DNA of 64,000 bases from Thalia democratica (taxonomy: Eukaryota), in assembly GCA_965202585.1 (NCBI GenBank), contig OZ241826.1, forward strand, positions 30,690,001 through 30,754,000, read 5' to 3'. The position numbers and the translations under genes were made by a program. Positions 49,964-64,000 of this stretch are shown here, in pieces (position 1 is the first letter of the stretch; every line of letters starts with the position of its first letter). The notes beneath the pieces are model-generated. The model was not told the DNA's origin. It did no database searches and saw only the letters and a program-made list of their open reading frames with translations.

Positions 49964-51184
49964 TATATTTAAATGTAACTACTTTAAGTCTAAAAAAAGT
50001 TAATGAAACATGGATGAAAAACTTGATTTAAAATTAAAAAAAAAACAACTTGGTTTACCCAATCTAGTTTGAAAAAAAATTACTAATACGTTAAGAATAA
50101 TGAATAATACATAACATTCAATTTCAATAGTGCTTATATATTTCATAGTGCTTTAATTAGTTTAATGCAGTTTTACAGTTTTTTGGTAATTTTTAGTTTA
50201 GTTTTGGAAATTTAAGCAATGTAGAGATATCTATTACAAGTCTGCTCCGTTTTTTTCTGGTAAAATTATCCCACTGAGTAGAAAAGTTGCCCACCATCGG
50301 CATAATACATTAAAAAATGTGACAAAATACAAAATCAGTCTACTTTAATCGTGTGCACGACAGTACAAATTCAGACAATTTAATTTGTTAAAAAAAATTT
50401 TAATGGTCACAACTAAAAAATTAATGTATATTTATCAAATATAAAAATAGATATCTAGTACCTATGGTTATCTAAAAGCTTTTTTTTTTCTTTTTGAAAA
50501 ACATTAAATATTTTTTTAGATATTGCTAAAATAAAGTAAAACCCATATTTTTTCTTAGTAATTTTAAAATATCTTAAAAAAATTCAAGATTTTGCAAAAT
50601 ATTATAAGTGACTTATAGATTTTAATAAGGTCTTTTATGTTTTTTTTTTTCAAATTTATATTAGTGTCTGAGGTATAGTCTTTTAAATACTTCTTTTGAA
50701 TTTGAATTGTCAGAATTTGAGTTGTCCTAATTTGAATTTTCATGCAACCATTTTAATCTAAAAAGTGTAAAGCGAGACTGATGTATGACTATAAAACAGT
50801 TAAAAAAGAACATGTGTAATATAAGTAACTATTTTGAAGTAATTCCAGGGTTTATTTTTGTAAATATTTAAATACTTTTATGATTTTAAAATTTTCATAG
50901 TTCTTTCTACATTGTGCATTAAGGTGCATCTGTTCTTCCTCAAAAAAAAAATTATAGTTACTTTGCTTTTTTTGTACATGGCAAATTACATTAACAGAAA
51001 ACACAAAAAAAATAGCTTCCTAGTTATAAGCCTTTTAAAGCAGAACATTTTGGAAGACTATATCTGTTATATATTAGAGATTATATTTATATCAGTATAT
51101 TTGAAAAGGTTTTTAACCATAAATGAAGGTTACCTAAGTATTAAATTTTATAATTTTAATATACTTACTAATCATACTATAAAC

Positions 51185-52347
51185 CAGGGGTGTGTTTTGT
51201 CTGGCTTCCTGTTTCCTGTGAACTCCGTGAAAAAAAAAAGAAAACAAAAAAGTTCTCTATAAGTTCTCTAAAACAAAAAAAGAATATCACTATAAACGTT
51301 ATTTATTGACTTTCATTTGTTTATTTGAAAAACTTTGAATAATGAATGTTGAATTAATAACACTAAAAGATTATAAGTATCCGTAACGAAAAATGCTCGT
51401 TTTTGCCCAGCTGAAATAGATTTCAAATAAAATTTTAATTATGACGTGATAATAGGTAAAAGCTTTTAAAGTACCATTTTTTCCTGGAAAACTATTTACT
51501 AAAAAGCTCTTAGTTCCCATGAAAAATTGTTACTTAGTGTAAACTACTTTTGATTAAGTATTGTTTATTAACTTGTAAGTACAATTTTACTTAAAAATTG
51601 TCCAATATCATCACTAAAGTTTTATTTTACTTAGTTGATTGTGTACAATAATGTTGTGTTAAGCTTTTAAACCTTGAAAAGTTCAACTCAGAGAGTTTTC
51701 AAAATCATCTTTAGATTACTACACCACCTAGCAATTTATTTTTTTTTTTAAATTAATGGTATTTAAATATTTTTATTTAAGTTATTTTATTTTTGTATAT
51801 CTGTTGGCCACAAAGTTGAATCTTGATTTTTTGAAATTTTCAACTGGAGAGATTTCAAAACCATCTTTAGAATCTCTGAACCATCAGGCAAACATTTATT
51901 GATAATTTAAAGATATTTTATTTCATTGTATAAGTCTAAACAATTTTTTTAGTTAAATTTTAACTTTTATACATTAAATTTGGAAAAACTAATTTTATTA
52001 AAAATAGATGTATATATGTTAAGAGTTTAAAGTTTAAAAGAAAAGTTTGTAAAAGCTCCATCTATACTAACATTTAAATCAAAATTTGTAAGTTCATAAC
52101 TTTTTTTGGTTCTTTTAGTTTTAATTTATCTAAATTTAATACAGTATAATAAATAAAAAATATAATAACTTTCTATTACTTTTATATGTTTTTTCTAAGA
52201 AGAAAAAAGCATTTAAAACACAGAGTGTTTCAACTAAATATTGCGTACTTAACTGTCAGTGCATACCTAAGAAACGCGTACGTAAGCGGCAAATTAAGAA
52301 CAAAAAAATTGTGAACCCACTTTCAAAATATTCTATACACGCCCCTG
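51185..52347. mobile_element. Non-autonomous hAT element, sister of 38900-40811 without nested MITEs
   Basis: TIRs CAGGGGTGTGT / ACACGCCCCTG, perfect TSD CTATAAAC (51177-51184, 52348-52355). Confidence 0.92.
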
Positions 52348-55300
52348 CTATAAACCATGATAAGTAAATTATAACATTAACTTGACCGAATGATATATAA
52401 TACTGTATGATAACTAATGTAGACATAACATGGACAAACATATGTTGTATTTAAAAAAAATGCAAATACTAACAAATAAAAACTTTGAAAATACATTAAA
52501 TGTGGTCAAAACTTTTACACAACATTAAATCTTAGGAAACATTCTTAAAGACTGTATAATTGAATTTAAAATAACTACATGGAACCATAACCATAAAATA
52601 AATTATAACTGATAAAAAATATCTTAAAAAATAACTATACAAAAAACAATAAATTAACAAATAAGTTTAGTTGTGGAACTACATTTGGAAGGTTTTGATT
52701 AGAATATCACTTCAATCACACTGTGGCTGATTTATATGCTACACCTTAAAAATGTAAACCTGATTCAGATCAACTTGCTTTCTGGTTGACTGATTTTATA
52801 TTATTTGATGTTCAACTAAATGGGACTGCAGTAAAGCAGTGTTACATTATTTTTCCTTTTTAGCAAAGAGAATGGTGAGGAAAAGTGATTTTTATTGTCA
52901 AACAGTGCAACTTCCCCTAGTTCTTTAAAGTTATAGCAGAAAAAATTACAAAACATACAAAATTTTAAAAATTTTTAGAGCTATTTAAACAGGAACCTTT
53001 TTAGTAGACAAGAATGATAATATCAAATGTTTTCAAAAAATTTATTAAATCTTTAACTTTTATGAAAAAAGTACTCAGGATTCACTAAAACTGATAAATA
53101 TTTAAATGGTCTGTAGCTTATTCTTATTTGGAATGGTGTTTATTTTGTTTTCATGAATGGTGTATAGCATACTTTTATTACTAGTGGTATATGTATTTTA
53201 TTTCTATAAATATTGGTATTATTTAACTGTTTTTTGAATAATTTGTTGTTCTACTCTAAAAGGACACTATTTAGGAATGGATGTTGGTGTAGTCAATTCA
53301 TTGGTAATAATCATAATCAAATCCTACCTCATCTAATTATTACCTTGTATTTACTGTATGCTGTTGCAGTCTACTTTAAATGAATAAGAAAAGACAGTTT
53401 CAACAATGTATCCTTATACAAACAATCAAAAAAACTCTTTTATAAAAACATTACTGCAAAAAATACAAGTTACTTTTATAAATCTTTAGGAAATAAATAA
53501 AACTTAAAAACAATCTAGCTGATTTATCCTCAAATTTAAACTATCTTTAGTTATCCTGAGTATACTTATTGTGTGGAAAGCCTCTATTGTAGTGTTACAT
53601 AAACTAACTAACTTAGAATAAATCAACTTGTTTTTTAATTAAGCCATTTTTGTTTGTATATTTTCGTAGGTCCTTTTTGTAAAAATCCATTATTCCTCAC
53701 TAATTTGACATTTTTATAAGTCAGTTTTGAGCCATTTTGTTCAATTTGACATTCAACAAATAAAATGCATTTGCATTGCACACAAGGAGGTTGGAATTAT
53801 TTACTTTACAAAAAAAAAATCATATATCTTCTAAGAGAACATAAGTTTCAAATGAAGTAGTCTTTTTGCTCTTTTAGTTTGCTGCTATTACACGAAACCA
53901 ATGAAATTACAAACTTTAGTTGTTCATAAAAATAAGCTTAAATTTAAACAACTGTTTTAAGAAACTTAAGACTACAAGTTCTACAAAACAAAGTTAACCT
54001 AGAAAAATACCACTCTTCTTTAACTTATTAAATTATGATATAGAGAAGAGTGTTCAAAAGTGTTTTGCTCTAACATGCTTAAAGCTAGGAAGACAATTAT
54101 TTTCTGTGCTGTCTAATTGTGTGATTTACCAATACGAACAAAAACGCTTTGCAAAATTTTCAGGTCAAGGCAACAGATTTTAATCATGTGTATACTTAAT
54201 TTGTTCACTTCTGAAACCCTTTTGATATTTTTTAACGAAAATAAGATGCTCTGCAAAGTATTTTGTATATTAATTTTATGCAGTCGGTTGCTTATAAAAC
54301 ATTGCTAAATCCTTAACAACACTGAAAACCATATTTAAATTTTACAAATTATCTAATTTAATGTAAAAAAGCAAAATATAGGGAGCAGTAAGTTTTTAGT
54401 TTTTCTAACATAAAGAAATAATTTTTTTGAACTAAACATGACTAAAATACAAACACTCTCAAAGGTTATAAGAAAAAAGATTCCTGTGTAATTTAGTTTT
54501 TTGATTTAAGTTTATATAATTGTTTGATTTAAGGGTTTTTTTATTTATTCAAAATAGATAACTCCATTTCAAGTAGTATGGTTTATACCCAAGAGATTAC
54601 AACAGTGAAAGTTTTAATATATTCATAAACTTGTTATAAATACTAAAAGCAAATAAAAAACTAAAAAAAGTATATGGTAGTGTTTAAAAAATGTCTCTTT
54701 TGACTTACTTCTTGCACCTTCTTGCTGGTCACTGACTATAAACTCAAATATGTAACAGATAAAACCCTAATGAAATAGGTAAATAAAATTTATTTAAAAA
54801 ACTTATCTGCAAAGTTTAATTAATTAATAATTAGTACTGATTGCATAGTAACAACATACACAGTAGCCTAGAAATGTGCATAATTGTATCAACCAATAAA
54901 GTCAAAAATTTGTAAACTTGTGTTAGTAAATTAGTTGAACTTTTAAAGTGTTTATAGCTATTGTTTTAAAAAGTATCTTTAAAAACTCTCCTTTAGTAAT
55001 AATTTTATTTTTTTAATCTTTTTCATATTCATAAACTCAAGAAAAAACTAATTTAATGTTATACTGCTATAAAACATTTTTACACTTTTTTTAGCACTTA
55101 ATAGTAAATATAATGTTTTCTATTTAATGTTTAACACTTATTTACTTAAATAAAACATTTTTCCATAGATTCTTAAAACAGTTCTTTTTTTATTTGATGA
55201 ACAGTTTTTTGTTTTAATTTTGGATTTAATATACAATGTTTTCCAAATTTTATAGAAGTCCATGAGTTTCAAATCCTAGTTTAAATTTGTACAAGTTTTT

Positions 55301-55358
55301 CAAAAAACAGTTGTGTAAATTAAAAATCTAATTAGTTTAACTTTTAATTAGTATAAAC

Positions 55359-55600
55359 TAGGGCTGGGCAACGTAAATTGTTGACGCGTCGGATCCAAAA
55401 AAACATTAGTCCTCAGCGAGCCGGATTTCGAGTAAGTGATCTACTGGATTCAGCTGGATCCTATTTTAGATACGGATCCTGATTTGAAAATATTATCCTT
55501 ATCCGGCTAAATACTAATTTCAGACAAAGATCCGGATCCGAGTGGAAGCTAATTTGAAAAAGATTTGGATCCGGCTGGATGCTAATTGATCGCGTAGTTC
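55359..55600. mobile_element. End of a hAT-like element with GGATCC-rich subterminal repeats
   Basis: TAGGGCTGGGCA terminus followed by multiple GGATCC/CCGGAT motifs; partner TIR not found. Confidence 0.55.
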
Positions 55601-56599
55601 AGAATTTTGAATCAATATTTTAATTACCAAGATTCTCAAGTATGAAAATTTGTGTTAAATTTGTTCAAACTTTGGTAATTTTATATTTTTTAACTCTGGA
55701 ACGAATTAATACTAGTTAGTCTTATAAAAGCAATAATTTACTTACTAAAAGTACTCGATCCTAATATTTTAAGCTATAACATTAATTAATTATTAACTAT
55801 TCGAAATTATCTAATTTTTGGAATTCATGGCTGGAGTTTTAATTAATAATATAATTCGAAGTGTACTAACATATCAATTGTAAACTACCGCCTTTTAATT
55901 TAAACAAACTAATATAGATTCATTATATCTTTTTGCACGTACAAAAGAAACAAAACAACAAATAGCTCTGATATAATAAACTGTTTTACCATAAAAATCG
56001 AAAAAATAAAATTCAAAGATCTCGATGAAACACTTAAAGTTAATCATATATTACAGTTGTTTAAATCTAGTTGCATTATGGTTTGGGAAAATCTGCAAGT
56101 GTACTGAAATATTGTTTAGATTTGAAATTAGCTTATACTTGTTAATGTTTATGGTTGGAAATGTTAGTTTTCAAATGTGTGGAGTCTCGACCAAAACAAC
56201 TAGTTTCATGGTCATCTTTAGAAATTGGAAACTTTGGGTCGTTCAATAATACGTAAAGTCTAAAAAAAATCTACTAAAAGCAACGAAAATTATATCTTTG
56301 ATTTAAATTTTCATATCAACATATTTAAAAAACATTCAATCCTAGATAAAAAAATACTTTAGCTTAAAATTTTAATAATTTACTTACAAAATATCAAACA
56401 GTAATGATCAACTTATGAAACTTAACTCAGTTCTGTACTTTAAAAATTATATTATTGAACAATGATAACCATATTAGCTTAATAGACTTTTAGATTAAGA
56501 TCAATTACACTAATTAAGATATTAATAAACGAAAAACTTACATATAAAATGTCATATTTTATCTTAAATGTAAAGTTTAAAGAGTTTAGCAAGAATAAT

Positions 56600-56730
56600 T
56601 AAACTAAAAAGAAGTCAATGAGACATTTGTAAATCATCAAATTTTTTAACAAGTTGTTTAAAATCTGGAAGTATGTTTGAAGTAGATATTCTCAGTAATG
56701 ACTGCAGATTGTTATCAGTAAGATTTAAAC
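56600..56730 (-). pseudogene. Second copy of the hAT transposase extreme C-terminus
   Basis: 56661-56730 matches 58800-58869 (65 of 70) and continues LTDNNLQSLLRISTSNILPDFKQLVKK. Confidence 0.7.
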
Positions 56731-58799
56731 CAGGGTTTCCCAAACTCATTTACTAAATCGCCCCCCCCTGATTTCACAAAGTAGTTTTTCTTTTTAGTAC
56801 AAACTTTTGAGGTAAAAAAAGTTGTGCTCGAAATGTAATTTAGTCTGGTACTTCTTATGCACGCATTTTTGTGTTCAAAGTAGTTTACAGGGCTTAAGAA
56901 AATAATTTACAGTTATTTTTTCGGAAGCCCAGTAAAGTGTATTAAAATACTTAATTATTAAAAAGCCTTGTGTTATATGTAATAAATCCTGTTTAAATAT
57001 GAACTGTTTTAAAACTTATAAAACTTTTAGGTCAGTAGTGGACAACTTTGTAGTCAGCAATTCATATTTACTAAAAAAATCTTTTCTAGTTTCAACTCGT
57101 TAAAAAAATGTAATTGCGAGCTTCATGATTTTAGAAAAATATCAAATAAGAAAATTAAAAAACTTGAGCAAAATTGTAACAAACTCAGGTAGTATTATTG
57201 TGATCTAAGAAATAATATTCTGAACTGAATACGAAATAAAAGCGTATTTTAAAATATTAAGTCTCAAAAAACTAAATTTTATTTATTGTGCACAAGTAGT
57301 TTTCAATTTACTTAGCGGGTCGAAATTCGACTGGATCTGAGCCTTACGTTACCCATCTGAAATCTTAACTTAAACGTGACATTATAATAATATCTCATAT
57401 AACAAATTTTGAACATTTAGAAGTTAATACTAAGTATCTTATTTAAGCCGCACAAAATACTTAAATTATTTTATAAATAGGCATATTATAAAATAACCAT
57501 ACCAGAGATTAAAAAAACTAAAAAAATGAACAATACATTATACACATAATAAAAAAAAAATAAAAATTAATATCTGATCTAGTTTGAGGAAGTTTGACCG
57601 AATGGTTGATTATCTCACATGAAAAGTGGTTTTATCAACAGCTTCAGTTAATGCAGTAAATTTATTAACTTCAATACTAAGATATATTGTAAGCAAGTTA
57701 GTTGTAAAATTAAAAAATTAATTTTAAAATTTTTAAACTATTTGTTTTGTAGTAGAATACCATAAAATAGTACTTAACTTGGAATAATCTTTAGGGAACT
57801 AAACCTTAATTCTAACATTTTTTTTCTTTATTTAAATTCAAAAAAAATCCAATGTTTTACACTTAATTCTGTGAACAGTAAGTAATCAATTAAAAAAAAC
57901 TTTTAACTAGGTTTAAATTTTGTTTTGTAACTGTAGCAGTCTTTTTGATGACTTTTTTAGTTCTGTTTAAAAAATTTTTTTTTTCTAGCTATTAGCCCAT
58001 AATAATATAACAGAGGAAAAGAGTGAAAAACTAAAAGCTAGTGTTGAAGTATTAAAATAAACTAAGTATATTCAAATTGCTAATATAATTGAATTAAGAA
58101 AAAATAAAAAACAGTTGTATTAATAGTCTAAAACTCCTTATATAATAATAATTTTTCTAACAATAATAAATCAAGTTTAAAAACAAAATTGAGTTTAAGA
58201 AATTTTAAATGAAAGAGTAGAAGTCATTTAAAGTAGAGATCTCAAATTTATACTATTTTAAAACCAAAACATTCATTTTAGAATTTAAAACTTTAATGGT
58301 TATCAAAATTTTACAATCAGATAATATTTATATAGTTATTAAAGTTATATACGGATTAAACAAGTAATAACAAAAACCTGTCAAATAAAGGTCTTTCAAA
58401 CAAATATTTTAATTTTATCGCTATGCTATAAAAACTTTTAGTGTAATGTAAAACGACGAATATGAACTACAAAATTAACCAGGTCAAAATAAAACTATCA
58501 ACAACTTTAAAACATAAACCTTTTAATAAACATAGTAGACTTCCGCTTAAGTTCGCACTTTGAAAAAAATTAAAAAGTGCAAACTAAAAAATTTATTACC
58601 ATATTTTTTTTTACAAAATGAAAAATTTCAATATGTTATATGCAATAATGTTATGAATAAACATGAAATCACTTAGACATAAAACAAACTTTCATTAAAA
58701 TAAAACAGATCTATAAAAGCTAACAAATACTATATACACTTTGTTTTATTAATATTTGGTTAGTAGTAGACTTTACTTTAGTTATATATAAGAAAATAT

Positions 58800-59280
58800 A
58801 AATCTGGAAGTATATTCGAAATAGATAGTCTCAGTAATGCCTGCAGATTGTTATCAGTAAGATTTAAACGCAACATACTTTTGTTTATATACATGGTTGA
58901 GAATGTTTGTTCGCAAATGTATGTAGACCCAAACAGAATAAGTATCTTTATTGTCATCTTTCCTAAATTAACAAACTTTGACTAGTTAAGTAGGGCATAA
59001 AATCTGTCGAAATTTCAAGTTTTGATATTTTCTTTTAGTGTAGTGTCACATTGAAGTTAAACAGTTCTAACTGTATATTACTAGGTGCACCTTCGGTGTC
59101 AAAAGTCAACTATGATGATACAATATATAATTCTTCTATTGAAAGTTTGCAAAAAAAAGACCAAACTCATTATCAAGTGAAACTATTGTCATCAATTGGT
59201 CATCACTAAACTTAACCATATAATTAATCAGAAAGTCATTAATAAAAAAATCAGTAAGAGAAAAGAGTGCAAATTGTAGT
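58800..59280 (-). pseudogene. Decayed hAT transposase C-terminus (GTF2IRD2/SPIN-like)
   Basis: Across frameshifts: SLDNEFGLFFANF...APSNIQLEL...LFGSTYICEQTFSTMYINKSMLRLNLTDNNLQALLRLSISNILPD, the hAT dimerisation-region motif FGSTYxCEQxFS. Confidence 0.85.
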
Positions 59281-62200
59281 CTCAACTTGAATTATTTTAC
59301 TATAATTTCATGTTGAACAGTTTGAATTTGAATTAATTGTCAATGTTTTTTTATTCTAAACAAGTATAAAAACAACCCACTACACATCTGGAAAAGACAG
59401 AAATTTTTACATGTTATTTTTTATGAAAGTCATAATGATAAGTATGATCATCAAAGTTTGTTCAGCAATCAATTATTTTTCGAAAATTTGAGAAAAGTTT
59501 ACATCAACTGACTCGAAACGGAAAAAGATACTTTAACAAAAGAGTGTCTTTATCATCACAAAAATAAAAAGGCAATTTTAAAAACGTTTTCAGGGTCAAA
59601 GTTTTTCATTTTTGTTTTGTGAAAGTAATTCTAAAAAAGTTTTGTACAAACTTTGTAATATTTACATTGGCTGGCCGCATTTCATATAAATTTTTAAAAA
59701 GCTTAGCGGGCTGGATCATCTACTCGCGGGCCAGGACCATTTTGTCCGAAGGCCGGTACCTAATTAAATTAAAAAAAAAAGTTTTTAAAGTAAATAATTA
59801 AATAATTGGTCTGGAAAAACTAATTGTTAGAATTATAATTGCTTATTGAACAAAAACAACGGCTCTTAAAAAGTTTCGTCAAAGGACCTTGGGGTCCGAT
59901 TTTAAAGCAAAGGTATTTCTCCTAAAATTTGCTGAATCATTAATATTTTTTTTAAATATTTATACCCATAACCCTAACCCACCATACCAAAAATATTTTT
60001 AGTTTTTTATTTATACCCTTAACCCTAACCCACCTTACAAAAAACATATTAAAACTAATTAAAAACATAAAAACATAAAAACTTTTTATTTATTTTATGC
60101 TGACTCGGCAAATATTGGGGGATTTCCGTCAAATCAAGAAAAGAACTCAGGACTAGAGTATGAAATGACTCTTTGGTTGTCGAATCGTACACCATAAAAA
60201 GCATAAAAAAGGAGTCATTAAGAAGAGTTATAATGAAAAATACAAAAAATCATTAAAAGAAGATTGACTTTCTTTAAGAGAAAAATTATCAACTTACATT
60301 TCGTATAGCCTACATAAGTCACATAAGTGAGCCAAAAGTGAAACCTGTATTTTTAAAAAGATCGTACATTACTTTCTGATTAAAATAACAACTTTTAAGC
60401 AGAAGTTAAAATGTTGCTATTGTAGTCGGGGCAGTCATTTTGCCTGTTAACCTGGAATTGAAAAATTTAGGTCAAGTATAAGTAAAAAAAAGCTTTATGA
60501 AAATAAGACCTGGATTTTTAGAAAAAATTATTTAAAATAACACACTTACTTACAATATTGAACTTTTTATTATTTATATTAACTTAATTTAAACCCGGTA
60601 AAAATTAACTAATACGATATTTTAAGTTTTATAATTATAAATTATATTAGTACTAACGATTTTGGTGTGTATAATCGAAGTATGCCTGTTTTGGACATGG
60701 CGTTAAACTGTTCTGGTATATGACTCGATAACCAAAAATTTTTTTGTGCACCAGATCCTCGGACTAAACATTTTAAGCGTTTTTCGTCGTTCGATAAACA
60801 ATATCTATATTTAGAATTGTAAACTTAATGAGTTTAAGGATTAGTGCACAAGAATAGATATTTTAAGTTTAGTATAGTGCAAAGTTAAGGGTAGCCATTT
60901 TATATCGAAAACTGTAGTTTTGTTTCAATAACTTTAAACAGCTACTTATTTAAAGTTAAAGTAATTAATACTAATAAGAAAAAAGTATAAATGTGTAAAA
61001 TATAATTTTTTTTGAGTTAAATTTAGTAAAAACTACTTTTAAAGTAGTTGTACAGTATGTACCAGTGGTTTTAATTTATCAAAAAATGGATGAAAGGTGT
61101 GATAAACAAAAAACGTTTTTATAACAAAATTTCTGCATTAATGTTTTTAAAAATTAATATATTTACTCTTAAAGAGTTTTATTAACAAACTTGATCTGTA
61201 ACACAAAGTCTTTATAAAACTTACATACGTTAAACTTGTGATTAGCTTATTTTTTCTTAAGTTTATTTAAACTGATAAACATTAAAATCACTTAAAATTT
61301 CTAAAATATTAGATATAATTAGACAAATGTTTATGCACTGCTTCGGTTTATTACCTGGCTTCGGTGAGCGTTAGCTGACCTTGTCAAATAAATTCAAAAC
61401 AGTAAATAACTTTTAGACAATGGTAGTTATTTGAATCTGAATTCAGTGCTGCGTAAAAACATGAACAAAAGAATTTTTACATTAAGTATTCAAATTTAAA
61501 TGAAAAATGCATAATTGGGTGAGCTTAATACTGGTATTAATCATAAAATACATGATATTTGTCCATGATGTTTTATTTAGGTTTTTAAACATGTGTTGAC
61601 AATTTTTTTTTTTTTTTTAAATATCTTAGATGTAACTTTTATTAAATCGACATGAAATAATAACAAAATCATATAAATTTTTAGTGATAGCTCTATAATA
61701 ATATAATATATAATATATGTTATATTATAGTATATATATTATTATATATTATTATTTATATTAGTTATACATTATAAACAATAATAATAACAATAATTCA
61801 TTTAAACAAAGTGCATTGCTTCGGCAAATTTTTAAGTTGAAAATACTATGTAATACAAATATAATTTTTTGTTTACATAAATCTTGTATTGCATTTTTAA
61901 AATATTCAACTAGAATAGTTTTTTTATACTGACTTTTATAAAACCATTATTTTATTGAAAATAAATCTAGTATCACAATCTTTGTAGTTAATTTTAATAA
62001 ATAATTGAACGATGACTTTTCTAAAGTATTAGTTAGAATGAGTAATTTTTAAACAAACTTTTGGAATTTATATATCATTTAAGATAACTCAACTAACAAA
62101 TACAATATAAACTCGTCTACAGACAGAAGTTTAAAAAAATGTAAGGTTTGGTTATCATTTTAATTGTCTAAATAGGAGTTTTCATAATTTTACTAACGAG

Positions 62201-63127
62201 TTTTTTATAAGTTTATATTTTCAAATTGTCTGTAGTAAGAAAATTAAATATCTTTCTCAAGCTCATTTATATTATATGAAAATGTAATAAACTCACATAT
62301 GTTTTTAGTAGTAAAAGACAAAAAATGTTAAAATAGCTAGAATAAATTTGATTATAGCCCGAAAGTTATACTTATTAATTCATTTAAAAAAAAACTAACA
62401 ATTTAAAGAAGTTGTTTTCTAAAGTGTACAATAGTAGATTAACCTTTGATAACAATTTAGTTTACAAAAAAAAAAGCAATATAAAACGGTAAAACTCACT
62501 TAAAATACTTTAGCTAGATCTGATTGAAATCAACAAAAATATATACATATATATACTAGGTATTAACAACTATCGCCTTAGTAAAAATATATAGCTTAAA
62601 ACTTTTTTTAAGGACTCTAAGTTAAAAGTTCTCATATATTAATATAATAATCTAAGAAATTTTCTTTAATCTTCAATTTGAATTAACAAAGAATTGGCAC
62701 TTGTGTTTTATGTTATTATATATAACTCCATATACAAAGCTTTTGTTCAAAACGCAATGAATTCTTAACCATAAGTAAAGCATTTTAGAATACTATGACA
62801 AGAATGTTTCTAAATATCGAGGTTCCAAACAATATACTAGTTAACCTCTACAAAAAACAGCTTTTGTAAATAAATAAAGTAAACAATTTATATTTGGAAC
62901 ATTTATTAAAAAAAACACTTTAAATAGTATGCAACTGCATTATCAAGTATACAATTTTTGTTGAGAATTTTCTTAAATTTGTGCAACATTTTTTACTCTA
63001 TTTTACTGAAAATTGTTTTTATAAATTTTATTCTATCTGTGTGTATTTTTTTATTCTATCTAATTTAACTTGTATGTTTGATTGACTGAGATAATGGTTG
63101 ATTTTCGGATGTAATCGATTCCAACTA

Positions 63128-63949
63128 CAGTACACTACCGCTTAAGTACGCAAATTGAACGCGACCAAAAAGTGCGTACTTAGCACGGGTAGTGCGTACT
63201 TTTTGACGATATAGTATAATATGAAATTTAGTTGTTTGTTTTCTTTCTTACAACTAGCCACCAAATAATTAAGCCAAATAAACAAGTCATTTATTTTAAA
63301 TAACATTTAAAACATAATTCTATTTTGCAAATTTTTTTAATAGATTTTAAAATGATTTGTTTTTTCTATAAAAAGCTTCTACATAATTAATACATACATT
63401 TAATATAGAAAGTCAATGATTTAAAAAAAAATATTAAGCTACATTTTGTTTTGTTAGAGGGAAAGTACCAAACTGCTTTGTGTTTACCAAACATTTTCAA
63501 AACATCAATGTATGTATATTTAAATTAAATTATGACTTAACTATTTTGTATGTGTAGGTTTTTTTAACTTTGTCATCTAGATTTATTTATTTTATAGCAT
63601 TACAGCTCAAATATCATTATTCTTTTCACTTTTCTGCAACCAATACATAAGTATTTAGTTTGTTAACATTTAATAACAGGACTGTCTCAATCTCAGGCCA
63701 TTTGGACTACTCAGGATTACTCACCCTAGTTTAAAAGTTGTGAAAGTATCAGGCTAACTCAGCAGGTTGGCCATTCTACCTGGAAACATAAAATAATCTG
63801 GAAAAACTTGATGATTGAAAGTTTAGGCAAAAAAACTGGAATTTCTTGAAGTTCTAGTATAACATCCTTTACTTTGTCTTTCTGGATAAGTGCGTACTTA
63901 AGGCGTGATGCGTACCAAAAAAAGTGCGTACTTAAGCGGTAGTATACTG
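63128..63949. mobile_element. Tc1/mariner-type MITE (822 bp)
   Basis: 25-bp TIRs CAGTA(C/T)ACTACCGCTTAAGTACGCA, TA on both flanks, AGTGCGTACTT subterminal repeats, no ORF. Confidence 0.88.
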
Positions 63950-64000
63950 TAAATTCTTTTAAAGTTTGCCATACATAAGTATTTACTAGAACTAGAGTGT

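Noticed and set aside
50912-51262. 116-aa plus-strand ORF
   Set aside because: AT-biased I/L/F/K/N composition, and it runs into a hAT TIR; not credible as a gene.
61690-61800. TA-rich low-complexity tract
   Set aside because: Ordinary degenerate microsatellite.

Overview
A very AT-rich animal genomic window with spliceosomal introns; the species cannot be identified from sequence alone. Host genes: (1) an intact 7-exon, 605-aa divergent Eyes-absent (EYA)-like gene on the minus strand whose HAD phosphatase motifs are degenerate, followed by a tandem duplicate of its 3' exons; (2) two C-type-lectin-domain genes, one a frameshifted CTLD plus transmembrane receptor; (3) a BACK plus Kelch gene with no BTB in the visible exon. 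Mobile DNA: (1) a young Ty3/Gypsy element with 114-bp LTRs, a 5-bp TSD and one nonsense codon, whose PBS is not tRNA-like and instead is complementary to its own LTR (candidate Tf1-type self-priming); (2) an older 2.3-kb LTR-bounded, pol-less element carrying a Y-box-type cold-shock domain inside a gag-like reading frame; (3) many non-autonomous hAT, Tc1/mariner and long-TIR elements, including a three-level nest, plus MULE and hAT transposase relics. The strongest leads are the CSD-carrying LTR element, the self-priming Gypsy and the EYA pseudophosphatase with its duplicated C-terminal cassette. All alignments and translations were done by eye; no database searches were run.
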